A DNA stretch of 64,000 bases from Vicinamibacteria bacterium. Its GTDB lineage: Bacteria > Acidobacteriota > Vicinamibacteria > Marinacidobacterales > Marinacidobacteraceae. The translations under genes and the position numbers were made by a program. Positions 47,520 to 57,238 of this stretch are shown here, piece by piece. The notes under the pieces were generated by a model. It was not told the DNA's origin and made no database searches. It saw nothing but the letters and a program-made list of their open reading frames with translations. The stretch is taken from the NCBI GenBank assembly GCA_963668695.2, contig CAXXLQ010000004.1, forward strand, positions 2,208,001 to 2,272,000. Reading direction: 5' to 3'. Numbering within the stretch: position 1 is the first letter of the stretch; every line of letters begins with the position of its first letter.

Positions 47520-49955
47520 ATGCGCGTCCCGCTCCGGTGGCTGGAAACCATGGTTTCCCTGCCGGAAGACGTCGAGGCTCTCGCCCATCGGTTGACCCTG
47601 GCGGGTCTCGAAGTCACGGACATCGAACAACTCGGCGGCGACTGGGACCTGGTGGTGGTCGGGCGGGTTCTGGAGGTGCGTCCCCATCCCGATGCCGACC
47701 GCCTCCGCCTGGTGACCGTGGACAAGGGAGGGGAGCATCAGACGGTCGTCTGCGGGGCGCCGAACGTCGCCCCCGGACAGGACATCGCCTTTGCGTCCGA
47801 GGGGGCGATGCTCACCGACCCCCGGACCGGCAGCGCGCGCAAACTGAAGAAATCGCGCATTCGCGGCGTGGTGTCCGGAGGGATGGTGTGTTCGGAAGCG
47901 GAACTGGGGCTGTCCGTCGAACATGAGGGGATCCTGGTACTCGACACCTCCCGCCCGCCGGGCACTCCGCTCGGTGAGGTCCTCGGAGACCGGGTCTTCG
48001 TATTCGACCTCACGCCGAACCGCGCAGATGCCCTTTGTGTTCTGGGGGTGGCCCGCGAGGTCTCAGCGCTTACCGGTGCCTCCTTGACGCCACCGGACGT
48101 CTCGACGCCGCGGCCGGGGCCCGCCATCGCTGGGCGCGCCTCGGTCGAGATTGCCGCCCCGGATCTTTGCCGCCGCTTCACCCTGGCGCTGATCGAGGAT
48201 GTCGAGATCGCCCCTTCTCCTCCGTGGATGCAGGAACGGCTCACCGCTGCGGGCATGCGTCCGATCAACAACCTGGTGGACATCACCAACTACGTGATGC
48301 TCGAACTGGGTCAGCCGGTCCATGCCTTCGACTACGACACTGTCCGCGACCATCACATCATCGTTCGGCGGGCCGCGGCGGGGGAAACCTTGACCACCCT
48401 GGACGGCAAGACGCGGCAACTGGAGCCCGACCGGCTGGTCATCGCGGATCCTGGCGGAGCCATCGCACTCGCTGGCGTGATGGGGGGTCTCGAGACCGAG
48501 ATTACGGATTCCACCCGGAATGTCCTCCTTGAAGTCGCGAACTTCGAGCAGGCGAACGTGCGCCGAACGGCCCGCGCCTTCGACCTGTTTTCGGACGCCG
48601 CGCGGCGCTTCGCGTGGGGACTTCCTCCGGAACTGCCGGCCATCGCTTCCGCGCGGGTGTGCCGGCTGCTCACGGAACACGCTGGGGGACGCGTTGCGGC
48701 GGGCATGGTGGATGCGTGGCCCGCGCCCGAGCCTCGCGTCCACGTCCAGCTGCGCCGGTCACGGATCGCGCAGGTTCTGGGGATGGAGATTTCCCGGGAG
48801 GCGGTGCGTTCCGCTCTGGACGACCTCGGGTTCGAAGTGGAAGAGCAGGGGGAATCGCTTTCGGTCGGGGTGCCCTATTGGCGCCGCGACGTACGGGTTC
48901 CCGACGACCTGGTGGAAGAAGTGGCGCGCATCGCGGGGTACGACGACCTGCCCGCCGCTCCGCTCGCCGGCGCAATTCCCCATCATCCGCCGCTTCCCGC
49001 CCGCGAGCTTCGTGAGCGGGCGCGGGACCTCGCCTCGGAAGCCGCGCTCTTTGAAGTGCAGACGTACTCGCTCATATCGGATGCAGATCTCGCCGCGGTG
49101 ACGCCGCCCGAGATGCGCCAGGTTCCCCTCCTCAAGGTTCAGAACCCGCTGGGAGAGGCCCGGGACACGCTGCGGACGTCGCTTCGACCCGGGATTTTGC
49201 GCGCCGGTGCTCGCAACCTGGCCCGGGGAGCCAAGGCGGTACGCTTCTTCGAAGTCGGAAGGTCCTATCACTCCACGGTGGCGAACGGTGACGGCCGGCC
49301 GGAGGAGCGGGAACAGGCGGTGGCGCTCGTCGTCGGGGTCCGAATGGATCGCTTCGGAAATCCGACAGACGAGGCGTTGGACTTCTTCGACGCCAAGGCA
49401 ACGCTCGAGCATGTCCTCGCCGGCCTGCGAACCTCGCCCAGCTTCCGGCCGTCATCCGCGTTCGGTTTCCTCGGCGGGCGGACCGCGGAGGTCACGGTGG
49501 AAGGAAGCGTGGTCGGGGTGCTCGGCCAGGTCGACCCCGAAGTTGCCGCCGTTTTTGGAGTCGAACAGGACGCCTTCCTCTGGGAACTGGACCTTGCGAC
49601 GCTGCTGGCGGCCGTTCCGGACATGACCAAGCCGACAATTGCGACTCCGCTGCCACGTCACCCGTCCGCCGTCGAAGATTTCGCTTTGCTTGTCGGCCCG
49701 GAAGTGCTGGCCGAGGATCTCGTGCGGGAGGCGCTCGGGCATCCGCTGGTCGTGGACGCTCGGGTCTTCGACGACTATCTGCTTGACGAGCCGGCCGCCG
49801 TGGGCGGGGAAGTGCGGAGAAGATCCCTCGGCATCTCCGTCCGATACCAGGCGCGAAACCGGACGCTGAACGACAGCGACATTGCCAAGGTGCGGCGCAC
49901 CATCCTCAAGCGACTGAAGGTGAACCACGGTGCGGTCGTCCGCGAACGCGGCTGA
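47520..49955 (+). CDS. pheT: Phenylalanine-tRNA ligase beta subunit
   Basis: HPDADRL, VCGAPN, TPNRADAL, VDITNYV, LAGVMGG, DLVEEVARI.GYD, anticodon-binding RTL.D domain. Confidence 0.97.
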   Translation: MRVPLRWLETMVSLPEDVEALAHRLTLAGLEVTDIEQLGGDWDLVVVGRVLEVRPHPDADRLRLVTVDKGGEHQTVVCGAPNVAPGQDIAFASEGAMLTDPRTGSARKLKKSRIRGVVSGGMVCSEAELGLSVEHEGILVLDTSRPPGTPLGEVLGDRVFVFDLTPNRADALCVLGVAREVSALTGASLTPPDVSTPRPGPAIAGRASVEIAAPDLCRRFTLALIEDVEIAPSPPWMQERLTAAGMRPINNLVDITNYVMLELGQPVHAFDYDTVRDHHIIVRRAAAGETLTTLDGKTRQLEPDRLVIADPGGAIALAGVMGGLETEITDSTRNVLLEVANFEQANVRRTARAFDLFSDAARRFAWGLPPELPAIASARVCRLLTEHAGGRVAAGMVDAWPAPEPRVHVQLRRSRIAQVLGMEISREAVRSALDDLGFEVEEQGESLSVGVPYWRRDVRVPDDLVEEVARIAGYDDLPAAPLAGAIPHHPPLPARELRERARDLASEAALFEVQTYSLISDADLAAVTPPEMRQVPLLKVQNPLGEARDTLRTSLRPGILRAGARNLARGAKAVRFFEVGRSYHSTVANGDGRPEEREQAVALVVGVRMDRFGNPTDEALDFFDAKATLEHVLAGLRTSPSFRPSSAFGFLGGRTAEVTVEGSVVGVLGQVDPEVAAVFGVEQDAFLWELDLATLLAAVPDMTKPTIATPLPRHPSAVEDFALLVGPEVLAEDLVREALGHPLVVDARVFDDYLLDEPAAVGGEVRRRSLGISVRYQARNRTLNDSDIAKVRRTILKRLKVNHGAVVRERG

Positions 49956-50931
49956 CGGGAAACAGTCTCCCGCGGAACTGATCGCCGCTTCGCCCGCCAT
50001 GCGGGCATTGCTCACCGAAGCCGGGCGGATTGCCCACTTTGACGTACCGGTACTCATCGAGGGGGAAACGGGCTCCGGGAAGGAACTGCTCGCCCGCTAT
50101 CTGCACGCCCGCAGTCGACGGCGTCGGCAGCCCCTCGTTGCCGTGAATTGCGGGGCGCTTCCCGACGAATTGCTGGAGGCCGAGTTCTTCGGACATGCCC
50201 GGGGAGCGTTCACCGGCGCGGATTCCGCCCGCCCGGGGCTTCTGGAAGCCGCGGACGGTGGCACCCTGTTTCTGGACGAGGTCGGAGACCTGTCTCCGCG
50301 GGGGCAGGGGCTCCTGCTGCGGGCGCTCCAGGAGCGAGAGTTCCGGCGGGTGGGCGAAATCCGGTTGCGACGATCCGACTTCCGCCTGGTCGCAGCGACG
50401 CACCGACCCCTCGCCGAACTGGCGGCCGCGGGTCGTTTTCGCTCCGATTTGTTCTATCGGCTGAGCGTCGTCCGTCTCCGGCTGCCGCCGCTCCGTGAGA
50501 GGAAAGGCGAGTTTCCCGAGCTTGCCGCCGCACTCCTGTTGCGGCTGGCCGAGCGGCACGGGCTCCCGTTGCCCCGGCTTTCCGACGAGGCTCTCGAGGT
50601 ACTCACCCGCCGCGATTGGCCGGGGAACGTCCGCGAGCTGGAATCGGTCCTTGCCGGCGCGCTCTTGCGGCAGCCCGAAGTCACGGCGATTCGTCCGGAG
50701 ATGGTGGCGGGGCCGCCGACGCTCCCTAACGATCCCGTTGAGACTCCCCCGGAGCCCCTCCTTTCGGTCCTGGAAATCCGCAGACTGGTTGTCGCGCGAG
50801 CGGCCTTCGAGCGGATTGTGTTGTTGCGCGCGCTTCGCCGCGCCGCCGGAAGCCGCGCTCGCGCCGCGCGGGAACTGGGCATCTCGCGCCAGGGGTTGTG
50901 GCAGAAGCTTCGCCGACACGGGATCGGGTAG
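49930..50931 (+). CDS. Sigma54-dependent enhancer-binding protein (AAA+ and Fis HTH) lacking an N-terminal sensory domain
   Basis: GETGSGKE, FGHARGAFTGA, FLDEVG, FRSDLFYRL, WPGNVREL, AARELGISRQGLW. Confidence 0.88.
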   Translation: MRSSANAADGKQSPAELIAASPAMRALLTEAGRIAHFDVPVLIEGETGSGKELLARYLHARSRRRRQPLVAVNCGALPDELLEAEFFGHARGAFTGADSARPGLLEAADGGTLFLDEVGDLSPRGQGLLLRALQEREFRRVGEIRLRRSDFRLVAATHRPLAELAAAGRFRSDLFYRLSVVRLRLPPLRERKGEFPELAAALLLRLAERHGLPLPRLSDEALEVLTRRDWPGNVRELESVLAGALLRQPEVTAIRPEMVAGPPTLPNDPVETPPEPLLSVLEIRRLVVARAAFERIVLLRALRRAAGSRARAARELGISRQGLWQKLRRHGIG

Positions 50932-50938
50932 GGGGCTG

Positions 50939-51260
50939 GGAGCGCCGGTCTTCAGACCGGCATCGCGGCCGAAGGCCGCGAGACGCCCACCGCTCGGTTC
51001 GCCGACTAAACCGGGCCTATCCGGGGACGGCGAAACGTCGTGCGGACGCGTGGGTGGCACTGCGCCATCCTCGTTGCCTGCTGCGCCATGCGGGGATTGG
51101 CGACGGGAGTTTCACTCCCCTGCGGGGAGCGATGCCGGTCTGAAGACCGGCGCTCCAATTGGGGACGGGTGGCAGTCTGAGGCCGGTGCGTGCCGGAGGG
51201 GTGATTGGAGAGCGCACGGCGGGAGGCGCGTCGCGCAGGGAGGTGGGAGTTGGAGAGGGG
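50939..51260. repeat. Family C REP doublet (REPIN-like) plus flanking module
   Basis: GGAGCGCCGGTCTTCAGACCGGCATCGC...GCGATGCCGGTCTGAAGACCGGCGCTCC terminal inverted repeats at 50939-51156. Confidence 0.85.
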
Positions 51261-51311
51261 GCGTGGGTGTTCACATACCCTATTCGGCTCATATCCATCC
51301 GGAGAAACCGC

Positions 51312-54269
51312 ATGATCCACCGCGCCCTTCTGCTCCTCGCTCTCAGCCTCGTTCTCCTGCCTGCTGCTCCCGCAGCCGCGCAGCCGGCGGGCGACCCGGA
51401 GCCGTTCCCCGTCATGGACGACCTGCCGCTCCGCTCGATCGGACCGGCGGTGATGGCGGGCCGGGTATCCGACCTCGCCGTGGTCCCGGGCCGGCCGCAC
51501 GAGTTCTACGTCGCTACCGCGTCCGGCGGTCTGTTCCGGACCCGGAATAACGGCGCGACGTGGGATGCGCTGTTCGATCGCTTCGGGACGACCTCGATCG
51601 GGGCGGTAGCGCTCTCCCCATCCGATCCGGCGACGGTCTGGGTAGGAACCGGCGAGCCGGCGAACCGGCAGAGTTCCTCGTTCGGCGACGGGGTGTACGT
51701 GTCCTTCGATGGGGGGGACTCCTTCCGCCACGCCGGCCTCGAGGAAACCGAACACATCGGGCGGATCGTTCCTGATCCGGATCAGCCGCGCCGCGCGTTC
51801 GTGGCCGCGCTCGGGCCGCTCTGGCGCTCCGGTGGTCAGCGAGGCGTCTTCCGGACCGAGGATGGCGGCGCTACCTGGGAGCAGGTTCTCGAGATCTCCG
51901 CTGACACCGGGGTGGTGGATCTCGAGATGGACCCCCGGAATCCGGCCATCCTCTACGCTGGCGCCTACACCCGGCGCCGGACTCCCTGGGGGTTCAACGG
52001 CGGGGGATCGGAAGGTGGCATCTTCCGGACCACGGACGGCGGAGACACCTGGGAGCGCCTCACGGAAGGGCTCCCGGAGGGCCCCGTCGGCCGCATCGGC
52101 CTGGAGATCGCCGGCTCCGATCCACTGAGCGTGTTTGCTCTCGTCGAGCACGCCACCGATTCGGGTCTCTACCTGTCGCGCGACCGTGGTGCCTCCTGGG
52201 AAAAGATCTCGGACCTGAACCCGCGCCCGATGTACTACTCGCACGTCGAGGTGGACCCGACGGACATCCGCCGGGTCTACGTGCTCGGCTCGCAGGTCCA
52301 CCTCTCGGACGATGGCGGGCGTACGTTCCGGACGAACCGGGACATGACCCCGACCTATGACATCGGGGTCCACGGCGACCACCACGCCCTCTGGATCGAT
52401 CCGGACGAGCCCGCGCACCTGATTCTCGGGAACGACGGCGGGATCTACGAGTCGTGGGACCGGGCGGTCACCTGGAGAAAGATCAACAACATCCCGCTCA
52501 CCCAGTTCTATGCGATCTCGCTCGACATGGAGACGCCGTACAACATCTACGGGGGAGCCCAGGACACCCATTCCTGGGTCGGACCCTCCGCTACCCGCAA
52601 CCAGGCCGGCATCCTCAACAGCGATTGGCGCCAGACGAACTTCGGTGACGGGATGGACCAGGAAGCCGTTCCGCGGGAATCGGGCATCGCGCTGGTGTCT
52701 TCCCAAAACGGCAACATCGTCCGGTTCGACACGGCCACCGGAAACCGGACCACCGTCCGTCCGTTTCCGGAAGAGGACGCGGACCGCTACCGCTTCCACT
52801 GGCTCTCCCCGATGGCGAGTTCTCCGCACACCGCGGGGAGGGTGTATTTCGGCGGCAACCGCCTGTTCCTGTCGGATGATCTCGGCAGCGAGTGGCGCGC
52901 CACCGACGATCTGACGCTGCGCGAGGACCGCAGCGAGCTTCCCATCCTCGGTGTGCTGCCCGCCGAGGGGATGCTCTCGATGCACGACGGGGTCAGCGAC
53001 TGGGGCACCCTGACGACCCTGGCGGAATCACCGCTGGTGCCTGGTCTGCTCTACGTCGGATCGGACGACGGGCGCCTCGCCCGTTCGGACGACGACGGCC
53101 ACAACTGGGAGTTTCTGGAGGCCAGTCTCCCGCTCGAGGCGCTTCGCGCGACCATCAGCCGCGTTACGCCTTCGGCGCACCAGGAGGACCGGGTCTACGT
53201 GGGTGTGGATCGCCACCACCTTGGAGACTTCGCGCCGTACATCTTCGTTTCCGAAGATCGAGGAGCGAGTTTCGCTCCCATTGGTGGCGGGCTGCCGCGG
53301 GGATGGGTGAACGACGTCGTGGAGCACCCGCTGAGGGAGAACCTCCTGGTGGCGGGGACCGAGGTCGGGGCTTTCCTGTCCTTCGATCGGGGAGCCTCGT
53401 GGATGAGAGTGGGCGGAGGCCTTCCGCATGTTCCCGTGGATGACATCGAGATCCATCCCCGGGATCGCGATCTGGTCCTTGGAACCCACGGGCGTTCGAT
53501 CTACATCCTCGACGACAGTGCGCCCCTCGCCTGGCACGATCCGACCGCCGGCGAAGCGGAGTTGTTCGAGCCCCGCCCAGCCCTGGTGTTCCTGCCCTGG
53601 AAGCACGAAAGCTACGAGGCGCAGGCCCGCTATGCCGGGGAGAACCCACCAACCGGAGCCCTTCTCACCGTGTTTCTCCCCGACGCTGACGAATCATCTC
53701 CGGCCCTTGAAATCCGGGATTCCTCCGGAGAAGTGGTCGCGCGACCGGGGGTCACGGCGCGGGCCGGCTTCCAGCGGATCGTCTGGGATCTGCGCGCCGG
53801 GGAGGCCCAAGAAGACGCACCCGGCATTTGCGGCGAACCGCCGCCCCGGGTTCCTGCCGGGATCTATGAAGTTCGCCTGAACGGGGTGGGAGATGTTTCC
53901 CCGGTTCCGCTCGAAGTAAGGCTCGACCCTTCGGTTACGGTGAGCGAGACCGCCTATGCCCAGCGCGCGGCGTTCCTGGCGGAAATCCACGGCGCCATCC
54001 GGGAAGCCTGCCGGGTGGGCGCGTCGGCCGGAGACCCGGACGCTCTTCCCGACGCGGCGCGGGAAGCGCTCCGCGAGCTTCGCCCCGACGGCGGCTTCCG
54101 GAACCCCTCGACCCTCTCACGCCTGGGTCGGCTCTACGGCGAGTTCACCGGGGACGGAGTCCGACAAGGGACGCTGGATGCGCCTACGGTCATCCACCAC
54201 CGCCGCTTCGAGGCCTTGCGGGCGCGTCTCGAGGAGGCCATCCGAACGGTCAGTAGCCTGTCGCGGTGA
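51312..54269 (+). CDS. Secreted VPS10/BNR-repeat glycosyl hydrolase-like protein
   Basis: GGAG SD, signal peptide, RSIGPAVMAGRVSD, Asp-boxes, HGDHHALWIDP, GTHGRSIYILDD. Confidence 0.9.
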   Translation: MIHRALLLLALSLVLLPAAPAAAQPAGDPEPFPVMDDLPLRSIGPAVMAGRVSDLAVVPGRPHEFYVATASGGLFRTRNNGATWDALFDRFGTTSIGAVALSPSDPATVWVGTGEPANRQSSSFGDGVYVSFDGGDSFRHAGLEETEHIGRIVPDPDQPRRAFVAALGPLWRSGGQRGVFRTEDGGATWEQVLEISADTGVVDLEMDPRNPAILYAGAYTRRRTPWGFNGGGSEGGIFRTTDGGDTWERLTEGLPEGPVGRIGLEIAGSDPLSVFALVEHATDSGLYLSRDRGASWEKISDLNPRPMYYSHVEVDPTDIRRVYVLGSQVHLSDDGGRTFRTNRDMTPTYDIGVHGDHHALWIDPDEPAHLILGNDGGIYESWDRAVTWRKINNIPLTQFYAISLDMETPYNIYGGAQDTHSWVGPSATRNQAGILNSDWRQTNFGDGMDQEAVPRESGIALVSSQNGNIVRFDTATGNRTTVRPFPEEDADRYRFHWLSPMASSPHTAGRVYFGGNRLFLSDDLGSEWRATDDLTLREDRSELPILGVLPAEGMLSMHDGVSDWGTLTTLAESPLVPGLLYVGSDDGRLARSDDDGHNWEFLEASLPLEALRATISRVTPSAHQEDRVYVGVDRHHLGDFAPYIFVSEDRGASFAPIGGGLPRGWVNDVVEHPLRENLLVAGTEVGAFLSFDRGASWMRVGGGLPHVPVDDIEIHPRDRDLVLGTHGRSIYILDDSAPLAWHDPTAGEAELFEPRPALVFLPWKHESYEAQARYAGENPPTGALLTVFLPDADESSPALEIRDSSGEVVARPGVTARAGFQRIVWDLRAGEAQEDAPGICGEPPPRVPAGIYEVRLNGVGDVSPVPLEVRLDPSVTVSETAYAQRAAFLAEIHGAIREACRVGASAGDPDALPDAAREALRELRPDGGFRNPSTLSRLGRLYGEFTGDGVRQGTLDAPTVIHHRRFEALRARLEEAIRTVSSLSR

Positions 54270-54993
54270 GCACTGCCGCTGTGCGGCGGGGGCGCTCATC
54301 CGTGCCCAGGGCCTTTATGGCGGCGCGGAGACGGGCGAGATCCGCGGGGCGATCCACGTCCCAGGAACCGGACAGTTCCCCCAGGCTGATGCCGGCTTCG
54401 GCGGCGGCGGCGCGGGTGGCCTCCCGAACCGCGCCGGTGCCCCAGGGAATCCCGGCGAAGAGGCGGTCGAGGGCGCCTCGCGGAATCCGGTTTGGAGCCA
54501 CGCCGATCAGGACATAGCCGCCGTCTTCGGCTGGGACGAGCACGACGTCCTTGGCCGCCAGGGTGCGGAACCCGGCTTCCACCAGCGAAGCCGCGAGCAG
54601 CGGCGCGTCCGCACCGATGATGACGAGGCGGCGCACGCCGTCCCGCCGGGCGTCCCGAGCCGCGCGGGTGAGCCGTTCACCGAGATCGCCGGACCCTTGG
54701 GGAATCACCGTCCAGGCCGCGGGAATGTCCAACGCGCCGGCTGACGGATCCCCGTCACAGCGCACTTCGAGCGACAGGGCCTCCGGTCGCTCGAGAGCGG
54801 GATCGTCCGTGCCGAAGACCCGAGCGAAACGCTCCAGAACGTCTTCGGTCATCGCTCGCTGGAGCGCCGCCGCCTCGGCCGGGGTAAGAGGAGGGACCAG
54901 GCGGGTCTTGGCTTTGCCGGGCACGGGTACCCGCGTGAAGACCGCCAGGCGGCGGCTGGCGCCGGCGTCGTGGGTTTGCTCCGTCGATGTCAG
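54250..54993 (-). CDS. DUF2064 / TIGR04282-like glycosyltransferase-fold protein
   Basis: VFTRVP.PGKAKTRL, Q..GDLGERL, IIGADAP, PAEDGGYVLIG, IPWGT, DVDRPADL. CTG start inferred. Confidence 0.88.
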   Translation of the reverse strand: MTSTEQTHDAGASRRLAVFTRVPVPGKAKTRLVPPLTPAEAAALQRAMTEDVLERFARVFGTDDPALERPEALSLEVRCDGDPSAGALDIPAAWTVIPQGSGDLGERLTRAARDARRDGVRRLVIIGADAPLLAASLVEAGFRTLAAKDVVLVPAEDGGYVLIGVAPNRIPRGALDRLFAGIPWGTGAVREATRAAAAEAGISLGELSGSWDVDRPADLARLRAAIKALGTDERPRRTAAVLTATGY

Positions 54994-55018
54994 AAGCGCT
55001 CCCCGACGCGCGGCGGAA

Positions 55019-57238
55019 TCACCGGCCGACCCGGGCCTCCGCGGCGCCCCAGTTCCCCATGTCGTCCTCCACTTTCACGATCGCCGAACCGGCGCCCTCC
55101 GGGAAATCGTCCAGTCGGGCGTCGTAGTTCTCGCTCGCTGAGTCGGCGATCCCGTCCACCGGACGCACCACCCGCGCGGGGCCGCCGTCCACGGAGACCG
55201 AGGCCCGCCGGATCGGACTTCCGGTATCGCTGGCGCGGAACCGGATCGTGCCGTCAACGCCCACCGTCAGGTCGGAAATGACCGGAGGGGTGTTGTCCAC
55301 CGTGAAGGATCGACTGACCCGGGTCCCCGTCATGGTTTCGCCGGGAGGGTTGTCAGGCGAATCCTCGGCCTCGATCCGGAGTTCATAGCGCCCGTCGGGC
55401 ATCGTGGAGGTGTCCCAGGCGACGATGGTTTCGGAGAGCGCGGACCGGAGGGGTTGCCACGGCACATCTCCCTGGCGCCGGTACGAGATCCGGTAGCGAA
55501 GCCGATCCCCATTGGGATCCTCCGCCCGGAAAGTGGCGGTGCGCACTCCGGGCAGATAAAGCTGGCGTCCGCTCCCGGCCGGCAGCGCCGAACCCGACTG
55601 CCCCCGCCGGGCGGCATCGGTCACCTCCGGCCGGTTCTCCATTCCCTGAAGGCGTGGTGCCGAACTGTTCAGCATTTCTTCGAATGCGAGTCCGGGAGGA
55701 TGGAGGGTGATTCCGGTCACCCGCGGAGCCAGGTTGACGGGGAGATACGCCGCTTCGAGTGAGGCCAGCTCCGGCGAAGAGCTGCCGTCCGAGCGCAGGA
55801 TCGCGCGCCACTGCAGAAAACGCGCGGCGGGGCTCGCAATGGCGGCGTCCGCCGCGGCCGGCACCCAGTCGCTCCAGGTGTCGTCGGGTTCCTCCGAGTT
55901 CCCCGTCCGGGTCTCGACGTTCACGGCGGAGCCGGGGGGAGTCCGGACATCCCAGGAGATACGGCCGAAACTGGCCGCGCCGCCGGCGTCCAGAACCCGC
56001 GAGAGGTATCGGCCCTCGGTGCGCGGGGACGCCGAAAGTTCGAGCACCCTTCCAGGATTCGACGCGCCGAGCAGCGTTACTCCCCCCTCGGACACTGCTG
56101 CGGTGACCTGCTCCGAATCGGCCCGGAACAGGAGGGTGACGTCGCCGTCACGCGTGACGCGATACACCCGCCCGCGGTCGCCGGTTCCCAGCAGGAGACG
56201 TTCGTCGCGGAGCATCGCGAGGGATAGCGGCCGGTCGGTGGTGGACTCCCAGATCGTCTGGGCTGCCCCGCTGGGCGCGATGCGGTAGAGCGCGCCCGCC
56301 GGTCCATTCGTCGATGCTGCAGGTTGTCCGAGCGTCGCGCCCCCGCTCGCTGTCGCGAGCATCGGGAAGGAAGTCGCGGCCACCACCCCCGCGCTGGGGG
56401 AAGAAACATCGGACGGCATCGGCGCCGCTACCGCGCCCGCACCCGCGCCTCCACCGGAATCCGCCACCGCGGCGGCGAAGACTTCGCCGGCGGCATTCAG
56501 CGCCAGAGCCCGGATCTCCGCGAAGGGACTGTCGTAGAGCGCCATGGCTCCCGATGCGCTGTCGATCCGAAAGACGATGCCGGATGGTTCCGTTCCGAGG
56601 TGGATCGTGCCGTCGGGCGCGCGATGGAGCGCCGTTACGTTTTCGTCGCTCGTGGTGAAGATCGTCTCCGCACCTCCCGAGGGTTGCACCCGGATCACGG
56701 AAGCCGGCATTCCGGTCGCGACCAGGACGCTGCCTCCGGGTTCGGGGACGATCGCCCAGATGTAGCGAGCTTCCGGCTGGTAGAAAACCCCTCGCTCCCC
56801 CCCGGGCAGGATGCGCTGCACACTCCCCCCTGGTGCGGTAGCGAAATAGACGGTGCCGTCGGCGGCTACCGCTACTGCGTGGATTCCGACTTCGCCGGTG
56901 TCGGCAAGTACCTCGGATGCTCCTTCCCGAATCCGGATCAGCGTTCCCTGCGCTCCCCCGCCGGCGATCACCCCGCCCGAGCCGTCCGGGGCCACCGACC
57001 ACACGAAGGGCTCTTCGGACTCGTGAAGGTTCCGCAGCGCCGGAGCCAGCCGGACCTGACCCTCCGGGCCGATACTCACTCCGTCGCTCTCCCCGGCAAG
57101 GAAATCTCCCGAGGTCTCGAAGCGCCAGAAGTCCCGGCTCCCCGCGAGGCTCAACCCCGCCGCCGTGGCTACGAGCAGCGCTGCGAGAGCGCGGCGCCGC
57201 CAGGCATTCGAACTTCGAGGGTTGAGACTGGCCTTCAT
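55019..57238 (-). CDS. Secreted beta-propeller protein with C-terminal FN3/Ig-like domain
   Basis: W.....DF..GE..GVS..P.G...LAP N-terminus, repeated propeller blades, DPNGD.L.Y, DG.Y, VDNTPP; ATGA-coupled to the S55 gene. Confidence 0.8.
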   Translation of the reverse strand: MKASLNPRSSNAWRRRALAALLVATAAGLSLAGSRDFWRFETSGDFLAGESDGVSIGPEGQVRLAPALRNLHESEEPFVWSVAPDGSGGVIAGGGAQGTLIRIREGASEVLADTGEVGIHAVAVAADGTVYFATAPGGSVQRILPGGERGVFYQPEARYIWAIVPEPGGSVLVATGMPASVIRVQPSGGAETIFTTSDENVTALHRAPDGTIHLGTEPSGIVFRIDSASGAMALYDSPFAEIRALALNAAGEVFAAAVADSGGGAGAGAVAAPMPSDVSSPSAGVVAATSFPMLATASGGATLGQPAASTNGPAGALYRIAPSGAAQTIWESTTDRPLSLAMLRDERLLLGTGDRGRVYRVTRDGDVTLLFRADSEQVTAAVSEGGVTLLGASNPGRVLELSASPRTEGRYLSRVLDAGGAASFGRISWDVRTPPGSAVNVETRTGNSEEPDDTWSDWVPAAADAAIASPAARFLQWRAILRSDGSSSPELASLEAAYLPVNLAPRVTGITLHPPGLAFEEMLNSSAPRLQGMENRPEVTDAARRGQSGSALPAGSGRQLYLPGVRTATFRAEDPNGDRLRYRISYRRQGDVPWQPLRSALSETIVAWDTSTMPDGRYELRIEAEDSPDNPPGETMTGTRVSRSFTVDNTPPVISDLTVGVDGTIRFRASDTGSPIRRASVSVDGGPARVVRPVDGIADSASENYDARLDDFPEGAGSAIVKVEDDMGNWGAAEARVGR

